Of a DNA stretch of 52,254 nt, positions 1-8,102 are shown one piece after another. The DNA is from a virus (taxonomy: Duplodnaviria > Caudoviricetes). Numbering within the stretch: the first letter of the stretch is position 1; every line of letters starts with the position of its first letter. Location: positions 1 to 52,254 of IMG/VR virus record IMGVR_UViG_3300048817_000118, one strand, 5' to 3'. A program made the position numbers and the translations under genes. Under the pieces are notes generated by a model, which ran no database searches, had not been told where the DNA came from, and was given only the letters and a program-made list of their open reading frames with translations.

Positions 1-1
1 A

Positions 2-439
2 CCCGCCGAAGTCTATGCGCGCAATTTTGAAACCTTCAGGCAGGTTCGCGCCACCCAGGTTCGCGCCACCCAGGTTCGCGCCGTACAGGTCCGCGCCGCA
101 CAGGTTCGCGCCGCACAGGTTCGCGCAGCACAGGTTCGCGCCGCACAGGTTCGCGCCGTACAGGTCCGCGTCGCACAGGTCCGCGCCGCACAGGTTCGCG
201 CCGCACAGGTTCGCGCCGCGCAGGTTCGCGCCGCACAGGTTCGCACCGTACAGGTCCGCGCCGCACAGGTTCGCACCGTACAGGTCCACGCCGTACAGGT
301 CCGCACCGCGCAGGTCCGCGCCGTACAGGTCCGCACCGCGCAGGTTCGCACTGCACAGGTCCGCGCCGTGCAGGTTCGCGCCGTGCAGGTTCGCGTCGCA
401 CAGGTTGGGATACTTTTCTAATATTTCGTTTTTCGTCAT
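2..439 (-). CDS. Pentapeptide-repeat protein (3' end runs off the window)
   Basis: Not in the ORF track. ATG at 439 after GGGAGGG RBS; reads MTKNEILEKYPNLCDANLHGANLHGADLCSANLRGADLYG...ANLGGANLPEGFKIARIDFGG with A(N/D)LxG repeats and no stop before base 1. Confidence 0.9.
   Translation of the reverse strand, partial: MTKNEILEKYPNLCDANLHGANLHGADLCSANLRGADLYGADLRGADLYGVDLYGANLCGADLYGANLCGANLRGANLCGANLCGADLCDADLYGANLCGANLCCANLCGANLCGADLYGANLGGANLGGANLPEGFKIARIDFGG
41..405. repeat. 15-bp tandem repeat, about 25 units (CAGGT[T/C]CGCGCCGCA-like), coding the pentapeptide repeats
   Basis: CAGGT recurs every 15 nt from 41 to 401. Confidence 0.95.
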
Positions 440-449
440 AATTCCCTCC

Positions 450-1064
450 CTATATCCGAGTGCAGCTTACCTTCTTGGCGAGGAACACCGTCAGCCCGGC
501 CTTGTCGCCTTGGCCCGCGTCCAGCCTTTCTTTTGCAGCGCCCTCACTTAGCCGCCGCTGTAGCAGCTCCCAGGCGTTATTCTTCTTCACGTAGGCGTAC
601 AGCCGGTCCCAGTCGGCAACCTGCGCTACGGCCTTGGTCTCCACCTGCACGCGCGCCACTCGGCCCGCCACGCCCGTCTGCCCGGCGGGCAGCGTCTCGA
701 CGAACCAGTTGCTGATCTGGGACTCCAGCTTGGCTATTTTCTCCGTCTCGCGCTGCATCTCCAGGCGGCGCTCCCGGGAGCGGTACAGCAAGTCCGCGCA
801 CTCGGCGGCGCTGGGCGGCAAAACGTAGTTGCCGTCACTATCCATTTGCACGGTTACGCCCTTGCCCAGGATCGCGGTGGCCAGCTGCCCCGGCCTACGG
901 GGCCGTAGCAGTGGGATAAGGTCCTCAGTCTTAGCACTCTCAACCGTTCCCCTCAGGGTATCAATGTTCAAAGCTCCGCGCGCTATGATCTTGCCATTTT
1001 GGTCATGGAAGGCAACGTCAGCCCTAGTGCTAGCGCCTTGATGCTTCATAAATCTATTTTTCAT
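450..1064 (-). CDS. Phage hypothetical protein
   Basis: About 204-aa ORF; C-terminal VADWDRLYAYVKKNNAWELLQRRL resembles a motif recalled from phage early proteins; function unknown. Confidence 0.65.
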   Translation of the reverse strand: MKNRFMKHQGASTRADVAFHDQNGKIIARGALNIDTLRGTVESAKTEDLIPLLRPRRPGQLATAILGKGVTVQMDSDGNYVLPPSAAECADLLYRSRERRLEMQRETEKIAKLESQISNWFVETLPAGQTGVAGRVARVQVETKAVAQVADWDRLYAYVKKNNAWELLQRRLSEGAAKERLDAGQGDKAGLTVFLAKKVSCTRI

Positions 1065-1228
1065 CAACTCGCCCTCCCGGCCAACAGTTGGTTAGACATG
1101 GCGTTCTCAATTCTTGCTTCCGGTAGTCGCATATCGAAATTCTCCTTGTATTAACACTGCGCTGCTCTCATTGCAATCCTCCTAGAACTTGGCGGAGGAT
1201 AAACAGCGCCCCGTCACGTCTATCCGCA

Positions 1229-1444
1229 TCATTCGGATTCATGTCTGCCGGGGTCATGGCCAGCAGGCGATTTTCGATTGCTTTGAGGGCGGCGATCAAT
1301 ACTCGTTTCACGGGCCGCAAAAGCGGCGGCAAAGTCGAATGTGTCCTTCGGGTTTCCTGTGGATTGGTGCCGCCACAACTGATAGAAGCCTTCTGCGCGT
1401 TTAACTCGTTCGCAGGGGACACCAGTGTAATCGGAATAGTCCAT
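1229..1444 (-). CDS. Small hypothetical protein
   Basis: Strong RBS AAGGAGG before ATG at 1444 (MDYSDYTG...). Overlaps another plausible frame ending at 1168, so it may be a chimeric remnant. Confidence 0.4.
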   Translation of the reverse strand: MDYSDYTGVPCERVKRAEGFYQLWRHQSTGNPKDTFDFAAAFAARETSIDRRPQSNRKSPAGHDPGRHESE

Positions 1445-1481
1445 AAATACTCCTCCTTTTATCTGTTTTCTTACTGACATA

Positions 1482-1751
1482 CTATTTCTCCTTGTGTTGT
1501 TGGCGAGTGCCTTGGTAATCTTCGTGATCCACCCAAGAGCTGACCCAGCCGCAACCTCTTGCGAATTCTGGATGCCACATCAAGCCGTCCTTCACAAACC
1601 ATTCCGACATGCGCTGGCCGCACTGACAGTGAGCGTATTGGTCCGTTTCTAAGCGTCGCGCGCGAATCCTCTGATGTTCTCGGTGGTTGATAACGCACTG
1701 CCCTATCAGGCAGATCATTAATACGACGTAAGCGAACCAGCCGTAACTCAT
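1482..1751 (-). CDS. Small membrane-anchored Cys/His-containing protein
   Basis: MSYGWFAYVVLMICLIG hydrophobic start, CQCG...WHP...GCGW; GGAG upstream. Confidence 0.55.
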   Translation of the reverse strand: MSYGWFAYVVLMICLIGQCVINHREHQRIRARRLETDQYAHCQCGQRMSEWFVKDGLMWHPEFARGCGWVSSWVDHEDYQGTRQQHKEK

Positions 1752-1824
1752 CTCACCATCTCCTTTCAGCAAACATCGAAATTCTCCTTGTATTACCGGC
1801 AGGAGCGAGCCGACCCGCCCCCGC

Positions 1825-1863
1825 CGATTACGGGCATATGTTGCCCATTAGCGAGATGGATGA
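1825..1863. repeat. Exact 39-bp copy of terS coding sequence 9694-9732
   Basis: CGATTACGGGCATATGTTGCCCATTAGCGAGATGGATGA is identical at both sites. Confidence 0.95.
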
Positions 1864-1878
1864 AGCACTACGCTGGGG

Positions 1879-2076
1879 CTAGGCACGGCAAGGCATGATC
1901 ACGCCGATGGCCTCTGTTCGGCTCACCTTTACCAACACGGGTGACTGTGTGTCTTTCACAGTTAACGTCACGATAAGAGGATCGTTCGGTCCAGTCATGG
2001 CCTTGGCTAGTCGATAGAGCAGGTCCACATCTAGCCTGACCGTGGCTGGGTTGGTCGCCGGAATCATTTTGCTCAT
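1879..2076 (-). CDS. Small protein resembling the C-terminus of beta-clamp-like phage proteins
   Basis: 65 aa ending SPVLVKV...AIGVIMPCRA; overlaps the upstream gene by ATGA. Confidence 0.5.
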   Translation of the reverse strand: MSKMIPATNPATVRLDVDLLYRLAKAMTGPNDPLIVTLTVKDTQSPVLVKVSRTEAIGVIMPCRA

Positions 2077-2309
2077 GCCAACGCTCCATCCGCGTCAGTC
2101 TCAATGATCACCAAGTTATCGTCCAGCCTTATCTCCTCAACGTACATCTTGGCTGACAGATGCGCTTTGCAATACCGCTCGGCTTTGGCGGAGGCATCCT
2201 CGACTCCCGTGGCAATCACGCACGCGGTCAGATACGTGGCTTTATTCGACCTCCCCGGTCCCGGCTTGGCATCGGTAAACGACGCGGTGTATGCTCGGAT
2301 ACCTTTCAT
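2073..2309 (-). CDS. Hypothetical protein
   Basis: MKGIRAYTASF..., 78 aa; AAAGGA before ATG; coupled to the next gene. Confidence 0.55.
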   Translation of the reverse strand: MKGIRAYTASFTDAKPGPGRSNKATYLTACVIATGVEDASAKAERYCKAHLSAKMYVEEIRLDDNLVIIETDADGALA

Positions 2310-2439
2310 TCGTCCGATCCTTTCTCGACCGAATTCTCCTTGTATTACCGGCAGGAGCGAGCCGACCCGCCCCCGCCGGTTCCCGGAACTACACTTACTC
2401 CACACTGGCCGGATTGGATCGCGCTTCCGACCAGCCCTT

Positions 2440-2468
2440 AGCTTAACCTACCGCTTACCGAAAGTAAA
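2440..2468 (-). promoter_or_regulatory. Sigma70-like leftward promoter
   Basis: TTTACT-17 nt-TAAGCT on the - strand; same CTTTACTT -35 context as the promoters at 8415 and 8757. Confidence 0.6.
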
Positions 2469-2472
2469 GCTT

Positions 2473-2649
2473 TTATTTTTTACGCAGCGCCTTAAGGTCA
2501 ATCTCCAGCTCGCGGCACAGCCAATTGATGGTGTTGCGGTGCACACCCATCGCCCGCGCCGCCCGGCAGGCGTTGCCCCCGTTCTCCTTTAGCATGCGCA
2601 GCACCAGCTCCCGCTTAAACGCGCGCACCGCCTCGTGCAGGCTCGTCAC
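2473..2649 (-). CDS. Stand-alone Fis-family HTH protein (58 aa)
   Basis: Below ORF-track cutoff. MTSLHEAVRAFKRELVLRMLKENGGNACRAARAMGVHRNTINWLCRELEIDLKALRKK has the HTH_8 pattern GN..AA..G.HRNT. Confidence 0.8.
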   Translation of the reverse strand: MTSLHEAVRAFKRELVLRMLKENGGNACRAARAMGVHRNTINWLCRELEIDLKALRKK

Positions 2650-2839
2650 CGGTTACGCTCTACGTACAGCGCGAACTGCACATCGCGCATTTCCTTGTCA
2701 ATTGCGGCTATCTTCCTCGCAGTGTCCTTGCAGGTTTGGCAGGAGTCTTCCGTCCCGCATTTTAGCAGTGCCGCACACCAGTCGTTCAGCAGTATTTCCA
2801 TTTCCTCGTTGTTCATACTATCCTCTTTTTCAAAGGGAA

Positions 2840-2977
2840 TTATATAGATAACTCGCTCCTTCGACGCTTTGCATATTGATCCCTTCGCTTCCGGCGCTTG
2901 GCCGCTTTTGTCTTGGGTTTCGGACGATACACGAGAACTTTGTCCGCGATGTGGTCTAGCTCTGGGGGAGTTTTCAT
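2840..2977 (-). CDS. Small basic protein (45 aa) with its stop inside the TIR
   Basis: MKTPPELDHIADKVLVYRPKPKTKAAKRRKRRDQYAKRRRSELSI; overlaps the upstream ORF by ATGA. Confidence 0.6.
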   Translation of the reverse strand: MKTPPELDHIADKVLVYRPKPKTKAAKRRKRRDQYAKRRRSELSI

Positions 2978-3219
2978 AGGGCGTCGTCGCCTTCAGTGGC
3001 TTCTTTCCATGTCATCCCTCGAGGACGCTTAAAATATGAAATTTCGGTGTTTACATCGGCTAATTCCGCTTTCAGCATAACCATATTGGCCAAGGCTGCG
3101 GCCAGTGCTTTCTGGCAATCCTGCAACGCTGTGAGATTGTAATTAGCGCGTTCGTGTTCAGCCCGGAGTGCAGTGAAGTTTCCACACAAAAGAGCACAGT
3201 TGTTCTCGATATTATTCAT
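2974..3219 (-). CDS. Hypothetical coiled-coil passenger protein
   Basis: MNNIENNCALL..., 81 aa; AAGGA RBS inside the element. Confidence 0.55.
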   Translation of the reverse strand: MNNIENNCALLCGNFTALRAEHERANYNLTALQDCQKALAAALANMVMLKAELADVNTEISYFKRPRGMTWKEATEGDDAL

Positions 3220-3277
3220 GCTGTCAGTTCCTTGTAGGTGAAGTGACTCATGTATATAATTCCCTTTCAAAGGTTAC

Positions 3278-3454
3278 TTACCTGAAGAGAAAGAACTCGA
3301 TCGTAAAGCTCAACACGAGCATTAAAAAGCCGATCAGCCCGTAATACCATCGGTATGCGCTGCCTAAAATCATTGCAACCGTCGCCACCAAATAGGTAAG
3401 CACTCCCAGCACGCAACAAAAAATCACTACGAAATGCCACACATTGTTGTTCAT
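3278..3454 (-). CDS. Small two-TM membrane protein (58 aa)
   Basis: MNNNVWHFVVIFCCVLGVLTYLVATVAMILG...LIGFLMLVLSFTIEFFLFR; GAGGA RBS. Confidence 0.6.
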   Translation of the reverse strand: MNNNVWHFVVIFCCVLGVLTYLVATVAMILGSAYRWYYGLIGFLMLVLSFTIEFFLFR

Positions 3455-4361
3455 ACTATCCTCTTTTTCAAAGGGAATTATATACATTACAATTGCACAT
3501 TTTCTGAAAATAATCCAAATTATTTTCGCCCCTCGATACGTTTCCGCGCTAACTCGCAGTATTCATTGGATATATCAATTCCAATAAACTCACGATTGTT
3601 AAGAACGGCCATCTTTCCTGTAGTTCCACTGCCCACGAAAGGGTCTAATACCAAATCCCCGGGATTGCTCCACGAAAGGATGTGGTCAGCCGCTAAGGAT
3701 TCAGGAAATATAGCAGGATGGTCTCCGCGTTCTGGCGCAATGTACCACCAATTATTTCGGCGGCTGAACTCAGCGCACAGCTTTCGCTTTTCTATTTTAT
3801 GAACGCCATCAACCGTTCTCCGGCCCACACCGCTCTTGTCTTTACCAGCAGATTTATTTGGCTTGTCCCTAAGCAGATTCACAACCTTTGGGCGGCCTTT
3901 CGAGAACACAAACATGAACTCCCAATTTTGTGTATAGCAAAGATTACTTCCGATAGCACCGCCGCCATCTTTAACCCATATCATCGTGTCGTGTAGATTG
4001 AATCTGCACTCTTTGAAAAACAAGGCTTGTAGAAAACTGGTTCCAGATTCGGAACCGTATTTTGTGCCATCGGCAACAACCCATACGACTACTCCGCCAA
4101 TTTTTGTAACGCGATAAAGTTGCTTTGCGATATTTTCAAAGTCGAAAGAGTAACCGTTGTATGTTCGCAGCCCATCATACGGTGGAGATGTAACCGTAAG
4201 GTCTATGCTCTCTGCTGGCAGCAGACTCATTTCTGTAGCGCAATCCCCTTCAATAATTCTCATAGCGTTTCCTCCACATCAATCCACGTTCTGCCCTTTG
4301 TTAATTGGGCATTAAGCACTCCCAGCACGCAACAAAAAATCTTCGCGAAATGCCACACATT
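3397..4361. repeat. 49-bp direct repeat (3397-3445, 4313-4361; 45/49 identical) flanking the methyltransferase
   Basis: TAAGCACTCCCAGCACGCAACAAAAAATC....CGAAATGCCACACATT. A separate exact 39-bp repeat links 2808-2846 and 3446-3484. Confidence 0.9.
3520..4263 (-). CDS. Beta-class N4-cytosine/N6-adenine DNA methyltransferase
   Basis: TSPPY catalytic motif followed by HPAIFP and DPFVGSGTT SAM-binding motif. Confidence 0.93.
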   Translation of the reverse strand: MRIIEGDCATEMSLLPAESIDLTVTSPPYDGLRTYNGYSFDFENIAKQLYRVTKIGGVVVWVVADGTKYGSESGTSFLQALFFKECRFNLHDTMIWVKDGGGAIGSNLCYTQNWEFMFVFSKGRPKVVNLLRDKPNKSAGKDKSGVGRRTVDGVHKIEKRKLCAEFSRRNNWWYIAPERGDHPAIFPESLAADHILSWSNPGDLVLDPFVGSGTTGKMAVLNNREFIGIDISNEYCELARKRIEGRK

Positions 4362-4381
4362 AGCCATATCCTAAACTCTCC

Positions 4382-4855
4382 TTAGAACTCGCGCAGCGGT
4401 CCGAACTGCCTTATTACGCCCAGCCCCGGGGCCAGCAGCACGTCCCTCGGCGTCAGGTGGCAGTCGGGGATGAAGGTGTGGTTAACCAGCGGGTTGCCGG
4501 TCTCCCGAAACGCCCAGAACGTCAGCACGTCGCAGATCCAGTGCCCGGCGGTCGCCCAGTTCTTGCCCAGCTCGATGCCGGCGATGTCCAGCAGCCCGTA
4601 CGGCCTGCCCAGCTGCGTCGCCATACGCGCCAGCGCCAGGTCGGAGCCCGCACACGCCAGCAGCAATATCTTTTGGGTAGGCAGCACCGCGCGCCACGCA
4701 ACACCTTTACCGTCGAACATCGCCGAGAGTGTCATATTGGTACTCTGCAGATACAGCCCCACGTGGCTCCAGTCGCAATTCGTCTTCTCCCGTATCATCA
4801 CCGACACCGGGTCGTATTGCTGCGTAGCCATGTAGATGCAGGCGTCGTCGGTCAT
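4382..4855 (-). CDS. Permuted papain-like (YiiX/YaeF, NlpC/P60 superfamily) enzyme
   Basis: WSHVG...GRPY...WIC order (His before Cys), C-terminal TPRDV. Confidence 0.75.
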   Translation of the reverse strand: MTDDACIYMATQQYDPVSVMIREKTNCDWSHVGLYLQSTNMTLSAMFDGKGVAWRAVLPTQKILLLACAGSDLALARMATQLGRPYGLLDIAGIELGKNWATAGHWICDVLTFWAFRETGNPLVNHTFIPDCHLTPRDVLLAPGLGVIRQFGPLREF

Positions 4856-4919
4856 GTCATCACCGCCGAGCCCCACCGTATCAGCAAGTGGCCATTCACG
4901 TTGCCGTAGAATTCGATGA

Positions 4920-5312
4920 TCATTGCCTCCCTCCTATAAGCCGTGCCCACGCGCGCCCACCCTGTATGTGCTTTACCCCCACCACGCCCGGCCCCCCCAC
5001 CAGCCCCGCGAAGAGCCACGTCCGCGAGCGGAACACGTAGCCCAGGATGCTGGGCGTGGAGGCCAGACCTATTATCGGTATGTCACGCAGGTAAAGCGCG
5101 CGGGCGGAGGGATGGGTGCCGACTAAAAACGTGTTGCCCTCCACCGCCACGCCCAACCTAAGCCCTCGCTCTGTCTCGCGCGCGTCGTAGACGTTCGCGG
5201 CCACGGCAAAGCCTACGGCCCCCGCCAGCGCCGCCAGGCCGGATTTATGGCGCGGTGGCTCCTCGGCCGCTGCGGAGGATGCGAGAATAAGTAGCAGCAG
5301 TAGTCGGGTCAT
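4920..5312 (-). CDS. Membrane protein with signal-peptide-like N-terminus
   Basis: MTRLLLLLILASSAAAEE, hydrophobic helices, D..ET....G..EGN motif. Confidence 0.6.
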   Translation of the reverse strand: MTRLLLLLILASSAAAEEPPRHKSGLAALAGAVGFAVAANVYDARETERGLRLGVAVEGNTFLVGTHPSARALYLRDIPIIGLASTPSILGYVFRSRTWLFAGLVGGPGVVGVKHIQGGRAWARLIGGRQ

Positions 5313-5740
5313 TTTGTCACCCCGCCCAGGTCCACGCAAGTTATATTGCCCGCAGTATCCACACGCAAGTATTTACTAGAATCGCAAATGGGCTTCACCA
5401 GAATGCTGCTTGCCGTGGGCCGGGAGCGCTCCAGCGCCGTTACGCGCCTAGAGATGTCGTACGCGTGCACTAGTGCCAACAGCATGACAATAAGTATGGC
5501 GTACGAAGCCAGCGACGGCTTCGGCGCGGGGGGCAGCAGGCCCCGGATGCGGGCGTCCAGGGACTCGGCGCTTGTTACCTTAAACCACTCGCTGGCCGTG
5601 CCGTTGGCCCGCTCCTCCAGGTCCGCGACGCGCGTCTTCAGCGCGCTTAATTCTGGCCATGCCGCTAGGCGTATTGCGTACTCCGAGTCTGCGCGCAATT
5701 CTAGGTTAGCTACCCGTGTCTTCAGATTCGTAATCTTCAT
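5309..5740 (-). CDS. Coiled-coil plus TM hypothetical protein
   Basis: MKITNLKTRVANLE... with internal repeat LKTRVADLE, TM segment YAILIVMLLALV; GGAG RBS. Confidence 0.6.
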   Translation of the reverse strand: MKITNLKTRVANLELRADSEYAIRLAAWPELSALKTRVADLEERANGTASEWFKVTSAESLDARIRGLLPPAPKPSLASYAILIVMLLALVHAYDISRRVTALERSRPTASSILVKPICDSSKYLRVDTAGNITCVDLGGVTK

Positions 5741-6036
5741 GGCTTCTCCTCCTGCCCCGTCGCGCCGCACTTGGCGCACAGCCTACGTCCCCACATGTAC
5801 CCGCTTCCCCTGCACGCCCGGCACTGGCCTCCCGCCAGCTTAAGCTTGGCGTCGTAGGCGGCACGTTGCCTGGAATCTTTCAAGGTCGCCCAAGCTAAGG
5901 TCAACTCGCGAAACTTCTCTTCGTCCCCGTGCTTGTCGGGGTGGTACAGCACGGCCAGCTGGATGTAGGCCGCGTGCAGCGCCCCCAACGTCGCGCCGGG
6001 GGGCATGCCCAGGACAGAATAGAGAGTGGGCTTCAT
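5737..6036 (-). CDS. J-domain protein with C-terminal DnaJ-type Zn finger
   Basis: LYSVLG...YHPDKHG...F..L..AW.TL.D...RAAYD followed by CRACRGSG...CAKCGATG. Confidence 0.9.
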   Translation of the reverse strand: MKPTLYSVLGMPPGATLGALHAAYIQLAVLYHPDKHGDEEKFRELTLAWATLKDSRQRAAYDAKLKLAGGQCRACRGSGYMWGRRLCAKCGATGQEEKP

Positions 6037-8072
6037 AAACGACCTGCTTTCCGTTCCTCGTCGTAGGCAGCACCTATTTTCGCAGGACTCAGTTGCTCCA
6101 ATGCCTTACGATCACCCTGCACAATCCACAGCTTTACTACGCGCTTTTCCACCGGGCTCCAGATAGGCTCACCTTGGTGCGCCTGCCTAAACCCACCGGC
6201 TTTTAATGACCTCATCAATCCTTGTTTAGTCAGCTTCTTTTTTGCTTCTGGGTCCCAAAAGTTGAACAACGTTTCCAAGGTAACCAGCGTATACGCGAGC
6301 GGTACGGGCAGCATCGCAGACTTTAACACGTTCTCGGGATGCTCTTTTAACTCTGCCACCCACGCCTCTGCATCGCTGCGGCCTAGCTCAATCATGGCCT
6401 TGCGGCTAACTGTTTCTCGCGCCGGAGCTGTAGGATCGAAGCCAGTTAAGTTCAAATGTAAAAAATAATAGAATAACGCTCCTGCACCTTCCGGTGACTT
6501 TATCCATTTTACATACTGCTTAAGAAATTCGGGGGCAATGTCCACCAACCGTCCACAACGCACTTCGTGGATAAATAAGCGGCGGTCGCCATCTTCTACA
6601 AAAAAGCTATCATGGTGGTTAGAATTAAAGTAATAGTTCATACAATCGGGCAGCACATAAGTAGGTAAGTGCTTTGCATTGATACGTATCGTGGGCCGGG
6701 TAATCATGCCCTTTAGCTTATCGGCAATGCCGCGTTTATCGCCTCCGGCAATTTCTTCGGCCATAATGAACTGCTTATTCTGGGCCCATTCGTTAAAGTC
6801 TCCTTTTAGCTGGTCTTCATCCAGTTCTTCAAAGTTAAGTCCGTAAATTTCCTTCATACTGTGACCCAATAAACTCTTACCGCAGCCTTTTACTGTACTG
6901 TGCACCACTAAGGCCGTGTACAACTTAGTGCCGGGATGCTGCAGCGGGTAAGCCAGCCATTGTTCCATCCAACGACGATCGGCAGCGGCGGTCGGATCGT
7001 CCTTAAAAAAGTAATCCATAAACTCACGCCACAAGCTTGTGTCACCTTTCTTAATGTACGCTGGCGCTACGCCCCATCCACGCCATAAATTGGCCTCGCG
7101 CTCGTCCGTAATCCGCTCTTGTCCGGGTGCATAGGTAAGCCTTAATACTTCGCTCCGCGAAGGCCACTTAATCCACTCCTCGGCGGCACCGCGCTTTTCT
7201 ATTTTTGTTTTACCCTTTGCAGCAACTACTTCCTCTTCCCAGATGCGGTTAGCATATACACTGCGGGCGAACATATCGCGGGACATACGCTGTAGCGTGT
7301 CGTGTCGCAATACCAAACCAGGGTCTTGGATAAATACTACTTCTTCGTTTAGCTCATGCAGAGTACGACTAGGGGCCCAGGGTTGCGCAGCATTAAGCAG
7401 TTCCTTAAAAGCTTCAACGCCCCGGGCCATAATAAAATCGTCCAATCCGGTCTTGGTGGTGGCGGTTAGAGCGGGTAAATCTACGGGAAACACTTGTGCA
7501 TTAAGAGCTAGGAATTCCGCAGATAATGCATTGCGCGCCCGTACAACCTGGAAGTTACTGCTGGCATCACTATCATACACAATACATACAGTTGACTCAC
7601 TCCAGTCTATTTGTCGTAGTCCTTCTATAAATGCTTCCTTACGGCTGCGGAAGTTGTACACGCCACCTAGGCCAATGCAAGGCACTCCATACTTACAAGC
7701 ACAATCGGCTTTAAGCTCACCTTCCGTAATCACTACAGCGCGAGCCTCGCCTTTATGTGAATCTAAATACTGTACCCATGGAAACAATTTAGAAAAGTAA
7801 GGTTGAGGGGCGGCTCCAGCAGGTTGGGTGTAGCGGATAAGCTTACCTTTTTCGTCGTAAATTTTCTCTAGATACCGATAACGTAAGAATCCATTACGTT
7901 GGCCCGTAATCTTATGGTAGGGTAGGACGAACCCCGCAGCACGGATTGATATTTCTACAGGCGGCAGTAACATAGCATTAAATCCCAGCTTATGCGCATC
8001 TTCGGCAGACAACCCACTGGCGGCAATTTTCTCCAGCATGCGGTGGCGTACCTCCGCAATAGTAAGCGACAC
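6033..8072 (-). CDS. Phage primase-helicase (DUF3854 Toprim-like plus SF3/DUF5906 helicase)
   Basis: ITEGELKA, YDSD and GLDDF primase motifs; GCGKS Walker A, FIMAEEI Walker B, FNSNH motif C. Confidence 0.88.
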   Translation of the reverse strand: MSLTIAEVRHRMLEKIAASGLSAEDAHKLGFNAMLLPPVEISIRAAGFVLPYHKITGQRNGFLRYRYLEKIYDEKGKLIRYTQPAGAAPQPYFSKLFPWVQYLDSHKGEARAVVITEGELKADCACKYGVPCIGLGGVYNFRSRKEAFIEGLRQIDWSESTVCIVYDSDASSNFQVVRARNALSAEFLALNAQVFPVDLPALTATTKTGLDDFIMARGVEAFKELLNAAQPWAPSRTLHELNEEVVFIQDPGLVLRHDTLQRMSRDMFARSVYANRIWEEEVVAAKGKTKIEKRGAAEEWIKWPSRSEVLRLTYAPGQERITDEREANLWRGWGVAPAYIKKGDTSLWREFMDYFFKDDPTAAADRRWMEQWLAYPLQHPGTKLYTALVVHSTVKGCGKSLLGHSMKEIYGLNFEELDEDQLKGDFNEWAQNKQFIMAEEIAGGDKRGIADKLKGMITRPTIRINAKHLPTYVLPDCMNYYFNSNHHDSFFVEDGDRRLFIHEVRCGRLVDIAPEFLKQYVKWIKSPEGAGALFYYFLHLNLTGFDPTAPARETVSRKAMIELGRSDAEAWVAELKEHPENVLKSAMLPVPLAYTLVTLETLFNFWDPEAKKKLTKQGLMRSLKAGGFRQAHQGEPIWSPVEKRVVKLWIVQGDRKALEQLSPAKIGAAYDEERKAGRL

Positions 8073-8102
8073 GCGAGGCTCCTTACAGGTTGCCAGAGAG
8101 GG

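Larger units (their letters stand above)
1780..2378 (-). repeat. 47-bp exact direct repeat (1780-1826, 2332-2378): RNA hairpin plus AAGGAG RBS; 21-bp partial copy at 1133-1153
   Basis: AATTCTCCTTGTATTACCGGCAGGAGCGAGCCGACCCGCCCCCGCCG in both places. On the - strand CGGCGGGGGCGGG-UCGG-CUCGCUCCUGCCG is a 13-bp stem using 3 G-U pairs. Confidence 0.9.
2835..3264. mobile_element. Non-autonomous IS1595-family (ISNwi1-like) cassette with two passenger ORFs
   Basis: Left end GGGAATTATATAGATAACTCGC and right end GTGACTCATGTATATAATTCCC are imperfect TIRs; flanked by TTTCAAA (2828-2834, 3265-3271); ends fit the ISNwi1 pattern ggnnatTAT; no transposase. Confidence 0.7.

Noticed and set aside
41-405. CRISPR array
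   Set aside because: Contiguous 15-bp units without spacers; they code pentapeptide repeats.
437-450. Another IS end (ATAATTCCC)
   Set aside because: Only 9 bp match; explained by the RBS and ATG of the pentapeptide gene.
13-551. ORF-track entries 13-351, 15-551 and 36-401
   Set aside because: Shadow frames of the pentapeptide gene.
1133-2378. Mini-CRISPR array from the 47-bp repeat
   Set aside because: Copies are about 550-640 bp apart with genes between them, contain an RBS, and no cas genes are present.
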